Shown here: positions 1 to 8,220 of the stretch, piece after piece
How the letters are laid out: every line of letters starts with the position of its first letter
Position numbering within the stretch: position 1 is the first letter of the stretch
The notes under the pieces: model-generated
Told to the model about the DNA's origin: nothing
The model's database searches: none
The model's input: the letters and a program-made list of their open reading frames with translations, nothing else
Position numbers and translations under genes: made by a program
Assembly: GCA_043767805.1 (NCBI GenBank)
Contig: JAYUGC010000032.1
Location: 1-16,733, forward strand
Direction of reading: 5' to 3'
DNA from: Pseudomonadota bacterium
Lineage (GTDB): Bacteria > Bdellovibrionota > FAC87 > UBA2466
DNA: 16,733 nucleotides

Positions 1-1800
1 TTTCATCTTTTCCATGCCTTTTTCGACGCGTTCCACGAAGGAGTTTTGGAACTCCTGGAGGTCGGACATCGAAACTAGAATCGGGCTACCCGGCTTGCAG
101 CTTTCGCGTTTGCCCGTAACCACGATCATCTCGGCCGCGACCGCGCTCTCGGCCGGAATGGACCGGAGCTTCAGTAGGTCGCCGCCTGTGAGCGAGCAAC
201 CCGCTTCGGAACCTTCGATGCCGACATCGATGTCTTCGGAAACAACGAACACGTGGTCGAGGCTCAAGTCCTGTTGAAGGGTGACCGACTCCGCTTTTTC
301 GTGAGCGCGAATCGCCTGTTCAACCTGGACCTTGATTTGATCCTTGATCTCGTCGGTAAGAACCACTTGCTGCTGCTGAGCCGACGCATTGGCCTGGGTC
401 GCCGCATCCCGCGCTTCTTGAGCCGCGCGCTGAGCATCCGCCGCCGCCGCCTGAGCGTCCACTTGGGCGCGGGCTTCGTAAGCGTTCTGGTAGGATGTCG
501 CGAGCATGTCCGCGATCAGAAAGTCCGTGATCCAGTAAGACGGTCCGTAGTACCGGGGATAAGGGCGGTAGTAGTAGTGGTACGAGCCGTACCACGAGTC
601 ATAACGCCAGTTCCAATTGTAGTCGTACGGATCGCTCCAGGGACGATACAGGTAGCTGTAGTAGCCCGGATCGTACGCAACGCTCGGCACGTAGCTGTAG
701 TAGCCGTATCCACCGTAGTTGTACGTGCGGTAATTCTTGATGATGGTCACGTTGTTCTGCGTGTACGTGCGACGGATGTACGTGTCGTTATTGTGCTCAA
801 CGCGTTGTTGCGTGTACTGCTGACGTCCGTTTTGCGAGACGTCGTACGAGCCATCTTTGTGGAAGGTCGTGACGCGTCCGGCTTTGCTCTCTTGAGCTTT
901 GGAGCCGTCTTTGCGGTACTGCACCGTGCGCGAGCCGCTCTTCATGTACTCTTTGGAACCGTCGGCGCGGAACTTCAACTGGTGATTGCCGCGATCTTCG
1001 ATGTAGCCGCCGTCTTTCGTCTCAGTGCGCTTGTGGCCAGAGTTCTGCGCTTGCTGATTGTTGTTCTGATTATTGTTGTTCTGGCGCGGCTTCGGAAGAC
1101 CGGTCTGAGGCTTGGTATTATTGCCGCTGTAGTTGCCGCCGTTGCCGTTGTTATTGGCTTTCGGGAAATTGGTGACGTTGCCGTCTTTGGACTCTTGGGC
1201 CTTCGAACCGTCTTTACGGTACTGCGTCGTCCCCTTCTCGTTCTTCATGTACTCTTTGGTGCCGTCCGAGCGGAACTTCACCTGGTGATTACCGCGATCT
1301 TCGATGTAGCCGCCGTCTTTCGTCTCAGTGCGCTTGTGGCCCGATTGCTGGGGCTGGGTCTGAGGCTTGGACTGCTGGGGCTTAGATTCGTGGCGCACCT
1401 GAGGCTTCGATTGCTGCGGCTGCGACTTGGGCGCCTCGTTGCGGCTCTGCTGGGGGGAAGACTTCGGCTGCTCCGACCGAGATTGTTTCGGCGGATTGTA
1501 GGAAGGCTTCGGGGCCTCCGAACGGCTTTGCTTCGGAGGATTGTAAGAAGGTTTCGGAGCTTCGGAACGGCTCGGCTTCGAGTAAGAAGGAGCGCTGCTG
1601 CGGCTGGAAGAGCCGCCCGAATTGGAGCGCGGGCTGGGACTCGAATGAGAGCTGCCACCGCCGCTGGAGCGAGAGCTGCCGCCGGAATTTCCACCACCGC
1701 CGCCGCCGCCTTTTCCGCCTTTGGCGAAAGAGACGTCCGATAGGCCGAAGCTCACCGCCGTTAGAACCACTAACCACTTTGTGAACAGAACCGATTTCAT
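1..1800 (-). CDS. Exported low-complexity/repeat protein of unknown function (>=600 aa, 3' end outside window)
   Basis: Manual translation of the minus strand. ATG at 1800-1798 follows an SD-like GAGGAG, and the frame stays open to base 1. It begins MKSVLFTKWLVVLTAVSFGLSDVSFA|KGGKGGGGG (signal peptide-like). Next come a G/S/P/Q/K-rich tract, two 60-aa repeats, a Tyr/Trp-rich block, an Ala/Gln helix and a globular C-terminal part (FVVSEDIDV..GCSLTGGDLL..ESCKPG..DLQEFQN). Absent from the ORF track because it has no stop in the window. Confidence 0.9.
   Translation of the reverse strand, partial: MKSVLFTKWLVVLTAVSFGLSDVSFAKGGKGGGGGGGNSGGSSRSSGGGSSHSSPSPRSNSGGSSSRSSAPSYSKPSRSEAPKPSYNPPKQSRSEAPKPSYNPPKQSRSEQPKSSPQQSRNEAPKSQPQQSKPQVRHESKPQQSKPQTQPQQSGHKRTETKDGGYIEDRGNHQVKFRSDGTKEYMKNEKGTTQYRKDGSKAQESKDGNVTNFPKANNNGNGGNYSGNNTKPQTGLPKPRQNNNNQNNNQQAQNSGHKRTETKDGGYIEDRGNHQLKFRADGSKEYMKSGSRTVQYRKDGSKAQESKAGRVTTFHKDGSYDVSQNGRQQYTQQRVEHNNDTYIRRTYTQNNVTIIKNYRTYNYGGYGYYSYVPSVAYDPGYYSYLYRPWSDPYDYNWNWRYDSWYGSYHYYYRPYPRYYGPSYWITDFLIADMLATSYQNAYEARAQVDAQAAAADAQRAAQEARDAATQANASAQQQQVVLTDEIKDQIKVQVEQAIRAHEKAESVTLQQDLSLDHVFVVSEDIDVGIEGSEAGCSLTGGDLLKLRSIPAESAVAAEMIVVTGKRESCKPGSPILVSMSDLQEFQNSFVERVEKGMEKMK
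862..1344 (-). repeat. Two 180-bp (60-aa) direct repeats inside the exported protein, at 1165-1344 and 862-1041
   Basis: SGHKRTETKDGGYIEDRGNHQVKFRSDGTKEYMKNEKGTTQYRKDGSKAQESKDGNVTNF versus SGHKRTETKDGGYIEDRGNHQLKFRADGSKEYMKSGSRTVQYRKDGSKAQESKAGRVTTF: 49/60 identical by manual count, separated by an Asn/Gln-rich spacer. Confidence 0.95.
1483..1572 (-). repeat. Tandem 45-bp (15-aa) repeat SRSEAPKPSYNPPKQ x2, followed by degenerate copies
   Basis: Copies at 1528-1572 and 1483-1527 are identical in protein with synonymous DNA differences. Degenerate units SRSEQPKSSPQQ and SRNEAPKSQPQQ follow. Confidence 0.9.
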
Positions 1801-1962
1801 AGGACTCCTCGTAAGCTTTAAATCCAAGTTCCCTAAATTTTAAGGGCGGGAGACTTGTAGCACCCCATGACGCGACGCGACGTGAATCTTGGTGCTAATA
1901 GGGAAACCCTAATGATTTCAAGGCTCACGGCTGGGGTGATTCAATCAGGGCTGTGACAGATG

Positions 1963-3129
1963 TCACAGAGGGAAGGGACGCTGTCCGCCGGGGCTCGCCG
2001 GGTACACGTACTCTCCGGAGGGAGCCCGGCGCTGGGTCCGGTAGACACCCCATACGAGTAGCGTCAGCACAATCGCTCGGAGCGGAATCCGGTGCCAGGT
2101 ATAGAACGGAACGGCCCAGCTGGTATGCCGGTGGATCTCGGGATTGAGAAGCGGAAACGCGAGCACGAAGGAAACGACCGCGAGCGATAGCCAGGCCCGC
2201 GCGAGCCACGAGCGTTCGAAGGAAATATCGGATAGCACCAGCGCCACGAGTCCCACGCACAAGGTGTAGTTTTGAAACCACGCCATGGGAGAACAGATCA
2301 CCACGAGTGGCGCTATCACCGAAAACGAAACGTACTTATCGCGAACGACTCGGCAGAGGAGCTCGGCCGTGACGACGCCCGCCAGAAGCCAGAACGCGGA
2401 AGCTCCGGGAATATACCCCGTCTGACTGGGCAAACCGTAGTTCACGTCGCGATGCAGATGCTTGAGCGTCGACTCGGGCAGAAAGCGCATCCAGGTAAGA
2501 TGATCCTGAACGAGAGCGGGCAACCCGAAAGAAACTCCGTACACCACGGCGGCGAGCCCCGCCGCGAGGCCCGTCCAAAGGAGGAGCTTTTTCGGCGAAG
2601 GCGATTGGCGCAGAATCCAAGGCACGAAAAGTAAGTAGGGCGGCTTCACGCCGAGCGTAAACATCAGGGACAGTCCCGCCAGCGGCAACGGAACTTTCGA
2701 AACCGATAAAAGGATCCCGATCAGCAGGAGGACGTTCATCTGCCCCGTCCACACTTCCGTATTCCAGGGATTGAGCAGAATGAGAATCGTTAAAAGAAAG
2801 AGCGCGGGCCGGTTCCCCCGAAAGCTCAGGTTGAGCTGCTCTATTAGAAACCAAAGGAGCGCCGGAAACGCGACTACCGTGAGCACGTCCCAAAGCCGGC
2901 TCGCCCACCAGCGCCCGAGGCTCGCCAAGGGGATGAAAAACTGAGTGATGAGAGGGGCCTTGGTGTGCTCGAGCTCATCGGACAGATTGTAAACGGGATG
3001 GCCCCCGCGCAGGTTGTCGGCCGCGCGGATGAGGATGTCCAAGTCGATGCGATCCGTCTTCTTAAAGAGCGTCAGCCCTAAGAGAAAAGCCACCACCGCC
3101 CAACCCAAAATGAAGAGTCCCTTTTTCAT
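1963..3129 (-). CDS. GT87/DUF2029-like polytopic membrane glycosyltransferase (GT-C fold)
   Basis: 388 aa with many TM segments. N-terminal TM then D-L-x4-AA..L..G.PVY..P..F.PL, plus GQMN, GVKP and SPMAW motifs, matching the GT87 layout. Confidence 0.75.
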   Translation of the reverse strand: MKKGLFILGWAVVAFLLGLTLFKKTDRIDLDILIRAADNLRGGHPVYNLSDELEHTKAPLITQFFIPLASLGRWWASRLWDVLTVVAFPALLWFLIEQLNLSFRGNRPALFLLTILILLNPWNTEVWTGQMNVLLLIGILLSVSKVPLPLAGLSLMFTLGVKPPYLLFVPWILRQSPSPKKLLLWTGLAAGLAAVVYGVSFGLPALVQDHLTWMRFLPESTLKHLHRDVNYGLPSQTGYIPGASAFWLLAGVVTAELLCRVVRDKYVSFSVIAPLVVICSPMAWFQNYTLCVGLVALVLSDISFERSWLARAWLSLAVVSFVLAFPLLNPEIHRHTSWAVPFYTWHRIPLRAIVLTLLVWGVYRTQRRAPSGEYVYPASPGGQRPFPL

Positions 3130-3139
3130 TTAAGCCAGC

Positions 3140-3168
3140 ACTCTTAAGGAGGGTAATGGGCGTGTCAA
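3140..3168 (-). promoter_or_regulatory. Putative sigma70 promoter of the GT87 gene
   Basis: Minus strand TTGACA (3168-3163), 17 bp, AAGAGT (3145-3140), ending 10 nt before the ATG. Perfect -35, weak -10. Confidence 0.45.
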
Positions 3169-3205
3169 GACGAGGGCGTGCGGCTCCGCGTCTAAGAGGC
3201 GCGGT

Positions 3206-3236
3206 TTGTAAAGCAACCGGGGCGCGGGTATAGCTT
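3206..3236 (+). promoter_or_regulatory. Putative sigma70 promoter of recG
   Basis: TTGTAA (3206-3211), 17 bp, TATAGC (3229-3234) with overlapping TAGCTT (3231-3236), just before ATG 3242. Confidence 0.4.
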
Positions 3237-3241
3237 GGGGC

Positions 3242-5338
3242 ATGCCCGCGGGTGAGCCCGAAATTTCTGCATCGATCCAGACTATTAAAGGTGTAGGGCC
3301 TCAGCTTGCCAAAGTGCTCGGCAAGAAGGGGATCAAGACCATCGAGGACGCCCTCTATTTCCTGCCGCGCACTTACGAGGACCGCTCGCGCCTGACTCCC
3401 ATCCGGGATCTGGCCATGGGGCAAACCGCGACCGTCCTGGGCAAAGTGGTTTCTTCCACCATGACTCCGGGCCGGGGCCGCCAGCGTCGTTTCAGCGCGG
3501 TCGTGACCGATGGCACGGGGATGATGAGCCTGACCTGGTTCAACGCCTATCCGTCACTTGTCGCCGAGTTCGCCAAAGACGCGAAGTTTCTCATCCACGG
3601 GGAAGTTCGCTTTTTCGGAGGCATGGCCTCCATCAGCCATCCCGATTACGAAAAGGTGGTCCAGACCCCCGAAGGTAAGCCGGTCGCGACGGTCAATTTC
3701 GGTCGGGTGGTTCCCGTGTACAGCGAAACGGAAGGCCTGCATCAAAAGACCGTGCGCCGGCTGATGCGCGAAGTTTTGAAAGTCTCACTCCATCAGCTAG
3801 TCGATCCTTTGCCGGACGATATGCGCTCGCGGCTGAGGCTTCCCGATCTCAAGCACAGCTTCTCGACGCTGCACTTTCCGTCGTTTCTTCCCGCCGAAGG
3901 CGAGTCGACCGATGCCATTCAGCGGATCATTTTCGAAGAGTTTTTCGTCCTGCAGCTGGGCCTCGGGCTTAAAAAGAGAAAGCGCCAGCGGGAGAGGGCG
4001 CCGCCTCTCTGCGATCCCAAGGGCTTTCGCGTGCAGTTCATCAAGGCGCTCCCTTTCGGGCTCACGGGCGATCAAGAGAAGGCGAACATTCAAATCGGAA
4101 CCGATCTCGCCAAAGGCCAGGCGATGGCGCGCCTGCTTCAAGGAGACGTAGGCGCGGGAAAGACCGTGGTGGCGTTAGCCGCCGCCTGCGCCTCCGCCGG
4201 GAGCGGCTATCAAACCGCCATCATGGCGCCCACTGAAATTCTCGCGGGCCAGCATTTCCGGACGGCGGAGCAGTTTCTCGCGCCTCTCGGTATTGGCGTC
4301 GAGCTGGTGACTCAAGCGAGCGCCGCGAAGGCGGACGTTCGCTCGCGGGTGGCCGAAGGCAAAGTGTCCGTCGTCATCGGCACGCACGCCCTTTTTCAAA
4401 AGCAATTGAGCTTTGCGAAGCTTGGGCTCGTCGTCGTCGACGAGCAGCATCGCTTCGGAGTGGATCAGCGCAATGAGCTGGTGAGAAAAGGCGACGGTCT
4501 GGTGCCGCATCTCTTAATGATGACTGCGACTCCCATTCCGCGCACGTTGTCGCTCACTCTCTACGGTGATTTGGATTTGACGATTTTGCGGGAGAAGCCC
4601 ACGGGCCGAAAACCCATTTTGACCACCGTGGTGCGCGATAAAGATCGCCCGCGGCTCTTTCAGGAAATCCGGCGCACCGTCGAGCGGGGCGAGCAAGTTT
4701 ACATCATCTATCCCTTGGTGGAAGCCTCGGAGAAGCTCGAGCTCAAAAACGCCACGGAACAACACGACAAGCTTCGTAAGGAAGTTTTCCCCGAGTTCTC
4801 CATCGCGCTTCTGCACGGCCGGATGAAAGCCGACGAGAAAGACCGGATTCTCTCCGAGTTCAAAGAAGGCAAGTATCAGATTTTAGTTTCGACCACCGTC
4901 ATCGAAGTCGGAATCGACGTGGCGAACGCTACGCTCATGGTGATCGAGCATCCGGAGCGGCTTGGGCTTTCTCAGCTCCATCAGTTGCGTGGCCGCGTGG
5001 GCCGAGGCGCGGCCGCCAGCCGCTGCCTGCTGGTCGCGGAAAATTACGTCGGCCAACGCCTTCGCGTGATGGAGCAAACCGAGGACGGCTTCGTCATCGC
5101 GGAAGAAGATTTGAAAATCCGCGGTCCGGGCGAGTTCTTGGGAACCCGCCAGAGCGGGCTGCCCGGATTTAGAGTCGGGCACATCCTGAGGGACGCCGAT
5201 TTACTCACGAAAGCCCGCGAGGAAGCGGAGCTGATATTGGAAAAAGATCCCGATTTGTCGGCGCCCCAGCACGCGAGCATTCGCGCGATGGTGGAGAGCC
5301 GTTGGCGGGATAAAATCGAAAGATTGAGAGGCGGGTAA
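3242..5338 (+). CDS. recG: ATP-dependent DNA helicase RecG
   Basis: 698 aa. KGVGP, LPRTYEDR, OB/wedge region, RLLQGDVGAGKT (Walker A), APTEILA, DEQHRFG, MTATPIPRTL, HGRMK, STTVIEVGID, LHQLRGRVGRG and the TRG motif DLKIRGPGEFLGTRQSG. Confidence 0.98.
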   Translation: MPAGEPEISASIQTIKGVGPQLAKVLGKKGIKTIEDALYFLPRTYEDRSRLTPIRDLAMGQTATVLGKVVSSTMTPGRGRQRRFSAVVTDGTGMMSLTWFNAYPSLVAEFAKDAKFLIHGEVRFFGGMASISHPDYEKVVQTPEGKPVATVNFGRVVPVYSETEGLHQKTVRRLMREVLKVSLHQLVDPLPDDMRSRLRLPDLKHSFSTLHFPSFLPAEGESTDAIQRIIFEEFFVLQLGLGLKKRKRQRERAPPLCDPKGFRVQFIKALPFGLTGDQEKANIQIGTDLAKGQAMARLLQGDVGAGKTVVALAAACASAGSGYQTAIMAPTEILAGQHFRTAEQFLAPLGIGVELVTQASAAKADVRSRVAEGKVSVVIGTHALFQKQLSFAKLGLVVVDEQHRFGVDQRNELVRKGDGLVPHLLMMTATPIPRTLSLTLYGDLDLTILREKPTGRKPILTTVVRDKDRPRLFQEIRRTVERGEQVYIIYPLVEASEKLELKNATEQHDKLRKEVFPEFSIALLHGRMKADEKDRILSEFKEGKYQILVSTTVIEVGIDVANATLMVIEHPERLGLSQLHQLRGRVGRGAAASRCLLVAENYVGQRLRVMEQTEDGFVIAEEDLKIRGPGEFLGTRQSGLPGFRVGHILRDADLLTKAREEAELILEKDPDLSAPQHASIRAMVESRWRDKIERLRGG

Positions 5339-5341
5339 CAC

Positions 5342-6106
5342 GTGGACTTAGGTTTAAACGGAAAACGGGCTTTGATCATGGGCGGCAGCACGGGGCTTGG
5401 CTTTGCCATCGCCGCGGCTCTTTATGAGGAAGGTGCCGACGTTGTTTTAGGAAGCCGCAATCTCGATAAGCTCGTTGCTGCGGCCGATAAAATCCGGCGT
5501 TTGCGTCCTTCGGGTAAAGTCGAAGTGGCGGTGCTCAATCTTTTCGATCAAGCGGGTCTGAGAACGGGCGTCGAGGCGATCGTCAAAAAAGCGCCCATCG
5601 ACATTCTCATCAATAACGGCGGGGGCCCTGCCGCGGGCGACCCCCTGAAGATTTCCTTGGAAGACTGGGATAAAGGCTACTACAGCCTCGTGCGCAGCGT
5701 GATTCTCCTCAGCCAAATCGTCGTGCCCGAAATGACGAAACGCAAATGGGGACGCATTCTCAACGTCACTTCGACCTCGGCCCGGGAAATCATTCCAAAG
5801 CTTCCAGTCAGCAGTACCTTTCGCTCGGGCCTCACGGGCTTTACGAAAGAGCTCGCGAAATCGGTCGGCCGGTCGGGGATTCTGGTCAATAATTTGCTTC
5901 CCGGTCCGACGGCGACCGCGCGCCTCGATGAGCTCAAAGTGAAGAGCCCTGAGTTTTACGAGAGTATGGCGAGTCGAAGTGCTTTGGGCCGCGTGGGCGA
6001 GCCCGAAGAAATCGGGCGCGCCGCCGCCTTCCTCTGCTCGAACGCGAACACCTTCATGACCGGCGCCGACGTCTTGGTCGACGGCGGCTTCACTTCCGCT
6101 CTCTAA
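5342..6106 (+). CDS. SDR-family oxidoreductase (3-oxoacyl-ACP reductase-like, atypical active site)
   Basis: GTG start 3 nt after the recG stop. GGSTGLG nucleotide-binding motif, DILINNGGGP, WGRILNVTS, NNLLPG, TGADVLVDGG. The YxxxK position reads SSTFR. Confidence 0.92.
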   Translation: MDLGLNGKRALIMGGSTGLGFAIAAALYEEGADVVLGSRNLDKLVAAADKIRRLRPSGKVEVAVLNLFDQAGLRTGVEAIVKKAPIDILINNGGGPAAGDPLKISLEDWDKGYYSLVRSVILLSQIVVPEMTKRKWGRILNVTSTSAREIIPKLPVSSTFRSGLTGFTKELAKSVGRSGILVNNLLPGPTATARLDELKVKSPEFYESMASRSALGRVGEPEEIGRAAAFLCSNANTFMTGADVLVDGGFTSAL

Positions 6107-6156
6107 AAGATACCTACCTTTTAGCTCCGGAGTTTTGCGGCGAGAGTCAATCTCGA

Positions 6157-8220
6157 TTAGAGGGTGGAGAGGATTTTTTCGATGGCGGCGCGCTGGGGGT
6201 CGTTGGGGTTTAGGCGCAAGCTCTCCGTGTAGTGTTTTTTTGCTTCTTCGTTTTTGCCGAGCTTTTGCGCGGTGGCGCCCAACTGGCGTTGCACGTCGGA
6301 GGGCCCAATGCCCGTGTCGGTAAAGGCGGACGCGGGTAGCGATTCGGTCTTTTCGTAGAGCGGGTACGCCATGTCGGAATGGCCCATTTCCTCGAGAGCC
6401 CGTCCGGCGAAGAAATACCCGCGCGGATCGCTCGGCGCCTCCCTCTGCAAGTTGCCAAGAATCTCGAGAGCCCGCGGATAATTCTTTAAGTTGAACTCGA
6501 GCGCCATCTCACCGACCAAAGGCATTTGTCCCGACAGACCGCGCTTCTTGTGAAGTTCGTAAGCCTTTCGGTACCACTCCCGGGCTTTCTCAGGTTGATT
6601 GAGCTTCGTGTATGCGTCGCCAAGGCCTTTCGCGGCTTCGGGCGCCTGCCATTCGCCTTTCTCCACTACCGCTAGAAAAAGCGGAATCGCGTCGGCGGGC
6701 CGATCGCTTTGGAGCGCGCTCGCGGCCGTATCCGAGCCCCCTCGCCCAGTTTGCTTCAGCAGGCCGCGGAAGGCCTGCGCCTCCACCGGGTTGGATTCTC
6801 GCTCGTAGGCGATCACCAGATCTTCCACGTTCTCCAGCAAAGCGACGGGAATCGCCTGGAGCCGAGCCTTCTCCACGAACTCCACCGACGTTACCGGACC
6901 GTCGCCGGGGAGAAACGCCGCAGTCTTTCGCAAAATATCACTCCGAAGCAGAACGAGTGAGCTCCACACTCCGGTGCGCGCCACCGAAAGGGCGCAGTAA
7001 AGCAGAAGGCCGGCCGCGGCCCAGCCCGCGGCTCTATTGGTTCGCCGTCGGTCCGGGTATTTCAATTGCTGGTTTTTCCCGAGGCACGCCAGAAAGAGAC
7101 AGCTTCCGAGCGTCGGAAGAAAGAGATACCGGTCCGTCATCCAAATGCGCAAAGTAAAGACGGTATTCATCGTGGTCGCGAGGGGAAGCCCGAAGAGCGC
7201 TAAAGCATAAGCAAGTACTGGCTGCTTTCGGCGGTAGCGGAAGAAGAAAACGAGAATACCGGCAAATAGCAGCAGTCCCAGCGCCGCCATCCAGTCTGGA
7301 TACCAGTTGTCCCCGCCCACTAGATATTTAGCGTTTAGCCCAACGGGCAGAAACGACTTTCCCACGTATAGCGTGAAAATCTTTAAGAGCACTTCGATGC
7401 GGCCCATGACGGTGAGACCGCCCAGGACACTCATGTCTTTGATGAGCGCGCTACTATCGTCTTGGGCGCCGACCGTGACCAAAGCCAAAGCGACCGCGAG
7501 TCCCAGGAGCGGAAGCTTGTCGAGCCAGGCTTTCAACGTCGTCCGAGGCGAGAAACAAAGATCGCGGGAAAGAAACGCGAGAGGAAGAATGACGGCGTAT
7601 CCCTTGGCTCCTAACGCCAGGAAAGTGAAGAGGGCGACCAGTCCATAGGACTTCCAAGGAAACGTGCCTTCGTCTCGAAGCGCGGCGTAGCGCTCGTACG
7701 CGAGAAGGGCCGCGGCGTAAAAAACTAAGCAAACCACGTCCTTCCGGCAAGCGAGCCAGGAGATCGGTTCACTATGCAGCGCGTGGACCGAAAAAAAGGC
7801 CGCGCCAGCCAGTGCCCAGAATTTATCGTCGAGCACTCGTCGAAAGAGCTCGTACACGAGCACCACGCCCGCGGAGTAGAAGACAAGATGAGTGAGGTGA
7901 AACCCCACGATCCAGCGATCCCAGAGCGCACGGTCGAAAAGATAGGTGAGGGTGGTGACCGGATGATAGTTCGCGAAAAAAGGTTTCGTCAGCACCTGCC
8001 AGAAGTGGGTGCCGGTGACGCCCTCGAGACGGGGGTCCTGAAAGAGATAGACGGAGTCATCCCAGTAGTGGAGCGCGAATCCTAACGTTCGCCCCCACAG
8101 GATCCAGGTGAGCGCGAGTAAAAGGAGAGCGGCTCCCCAAGGGCGCGCGTCGAGCCAGGACTGGGTGAGGGCAGGAATCGAAGGCCGCGATCCCGATGAG
8201 CCCATTTTCTTCGCTTTCAA
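6157..8220 (-). CDS. TMTC-like GT-C membrane protein with C-terminal TPR repeats
   Basis: Roughly 10-11 TM segments. First loop WDD..NYHPVT, then FHLTHL, HALHSEPISW..RKD, A.K, DRYLFLP and RTGVWSS, followed by a TPR-like helical C-terminus (A..LG..Y...A..WYRKA; ESLRLNP). The TTG start overlaps the upstream TGA (TTGA); an alternative ATG lies at 8205. Confidence 0.8.
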   Translation of the reverse strand: MKAKKMGSSGSRPSIPALTQSWLDARPWGAALLLLALTWILWGRTLGFALHYWDDSVYLFQDPRLEGVTGTHFWQVLTKPFFANYHPVTTLTYLFDRALWDRWIVGFHLTHLVFYSAGVVLVYELFRRVLDDKFWALAGAAFFSVHALHSEPISWLACRKDVVCLVFYAAALLAYERYAALRDEGTFPWKSYGLVALFTFLALGAKGYAVILPLAFLSRDLCFSPRTTLKAWLDKLPLLGLAVALALVTVGAQDDSSALIKDMSVLGGLTVMGRIEVLLKIFTLYVGKSFLPVGLNAKYLVGGDNWYPDWMAALGLLLFAGILVFFFRYRRKQPVLAYALALFGLPLATTMNTVFTLRIWMTDRYLFLPTLGSCLFLACLGKNQQLKYPDRRRTNRAAGWAAAGLLLYCALSVARTGVWSSLVLLRSDILRKTAAFLPGDGPVTSVEFVEKARLQAIPVALLENVEDLVIAYERESNPVEAQAFRGLLKQTGRGGSDTAASALQSDRPADAIPLFLAVVEKGEWQAPEAAKGLGDAYTKLNQPEKAREWYRKAYELHKKRGLSGQMPLVGEMALEFNLKNYPRALEILGNLQREAPSDPRGYFFAGRALEEMGHSDMAYPLYEKTESLPASAFTDTGIGPSDVQRQLGATAQKLGKNEEAKKHYTESLRLNPNDPQRAAIEKILSTL

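Noticed and set aside
862..1572. CRISPR array or non-coding repeat
   Set aside because: The repeats are in-frame multiples of 3 with synonymous variation and lack a repeat-spacer pattern.
253..1743. 496-aa hydrophobic plus-strand ORF
   Set aside because: It is the codon-aligned antisense shadow of the minus-strand gene at 1800..<1. It stays open because that gene avoids TTA/CTA/TCA codons, and its V/L/R-rich composition mirrors N/Q/K/Y/S codons.
1882..1898. Sigma54 promoter (minus strand TTAGCACCAAGATTCAC)
   Set aside because: It lacks the invariant GG (-24) and GC (-12) dinucleotides.
6107..6156. Bidirectional terminator between the SDR and TPR genes
   Set aside because: Only short stems (CTCCGGAG; CGAGA..TCTCG) are present, without convincing U-tracts.
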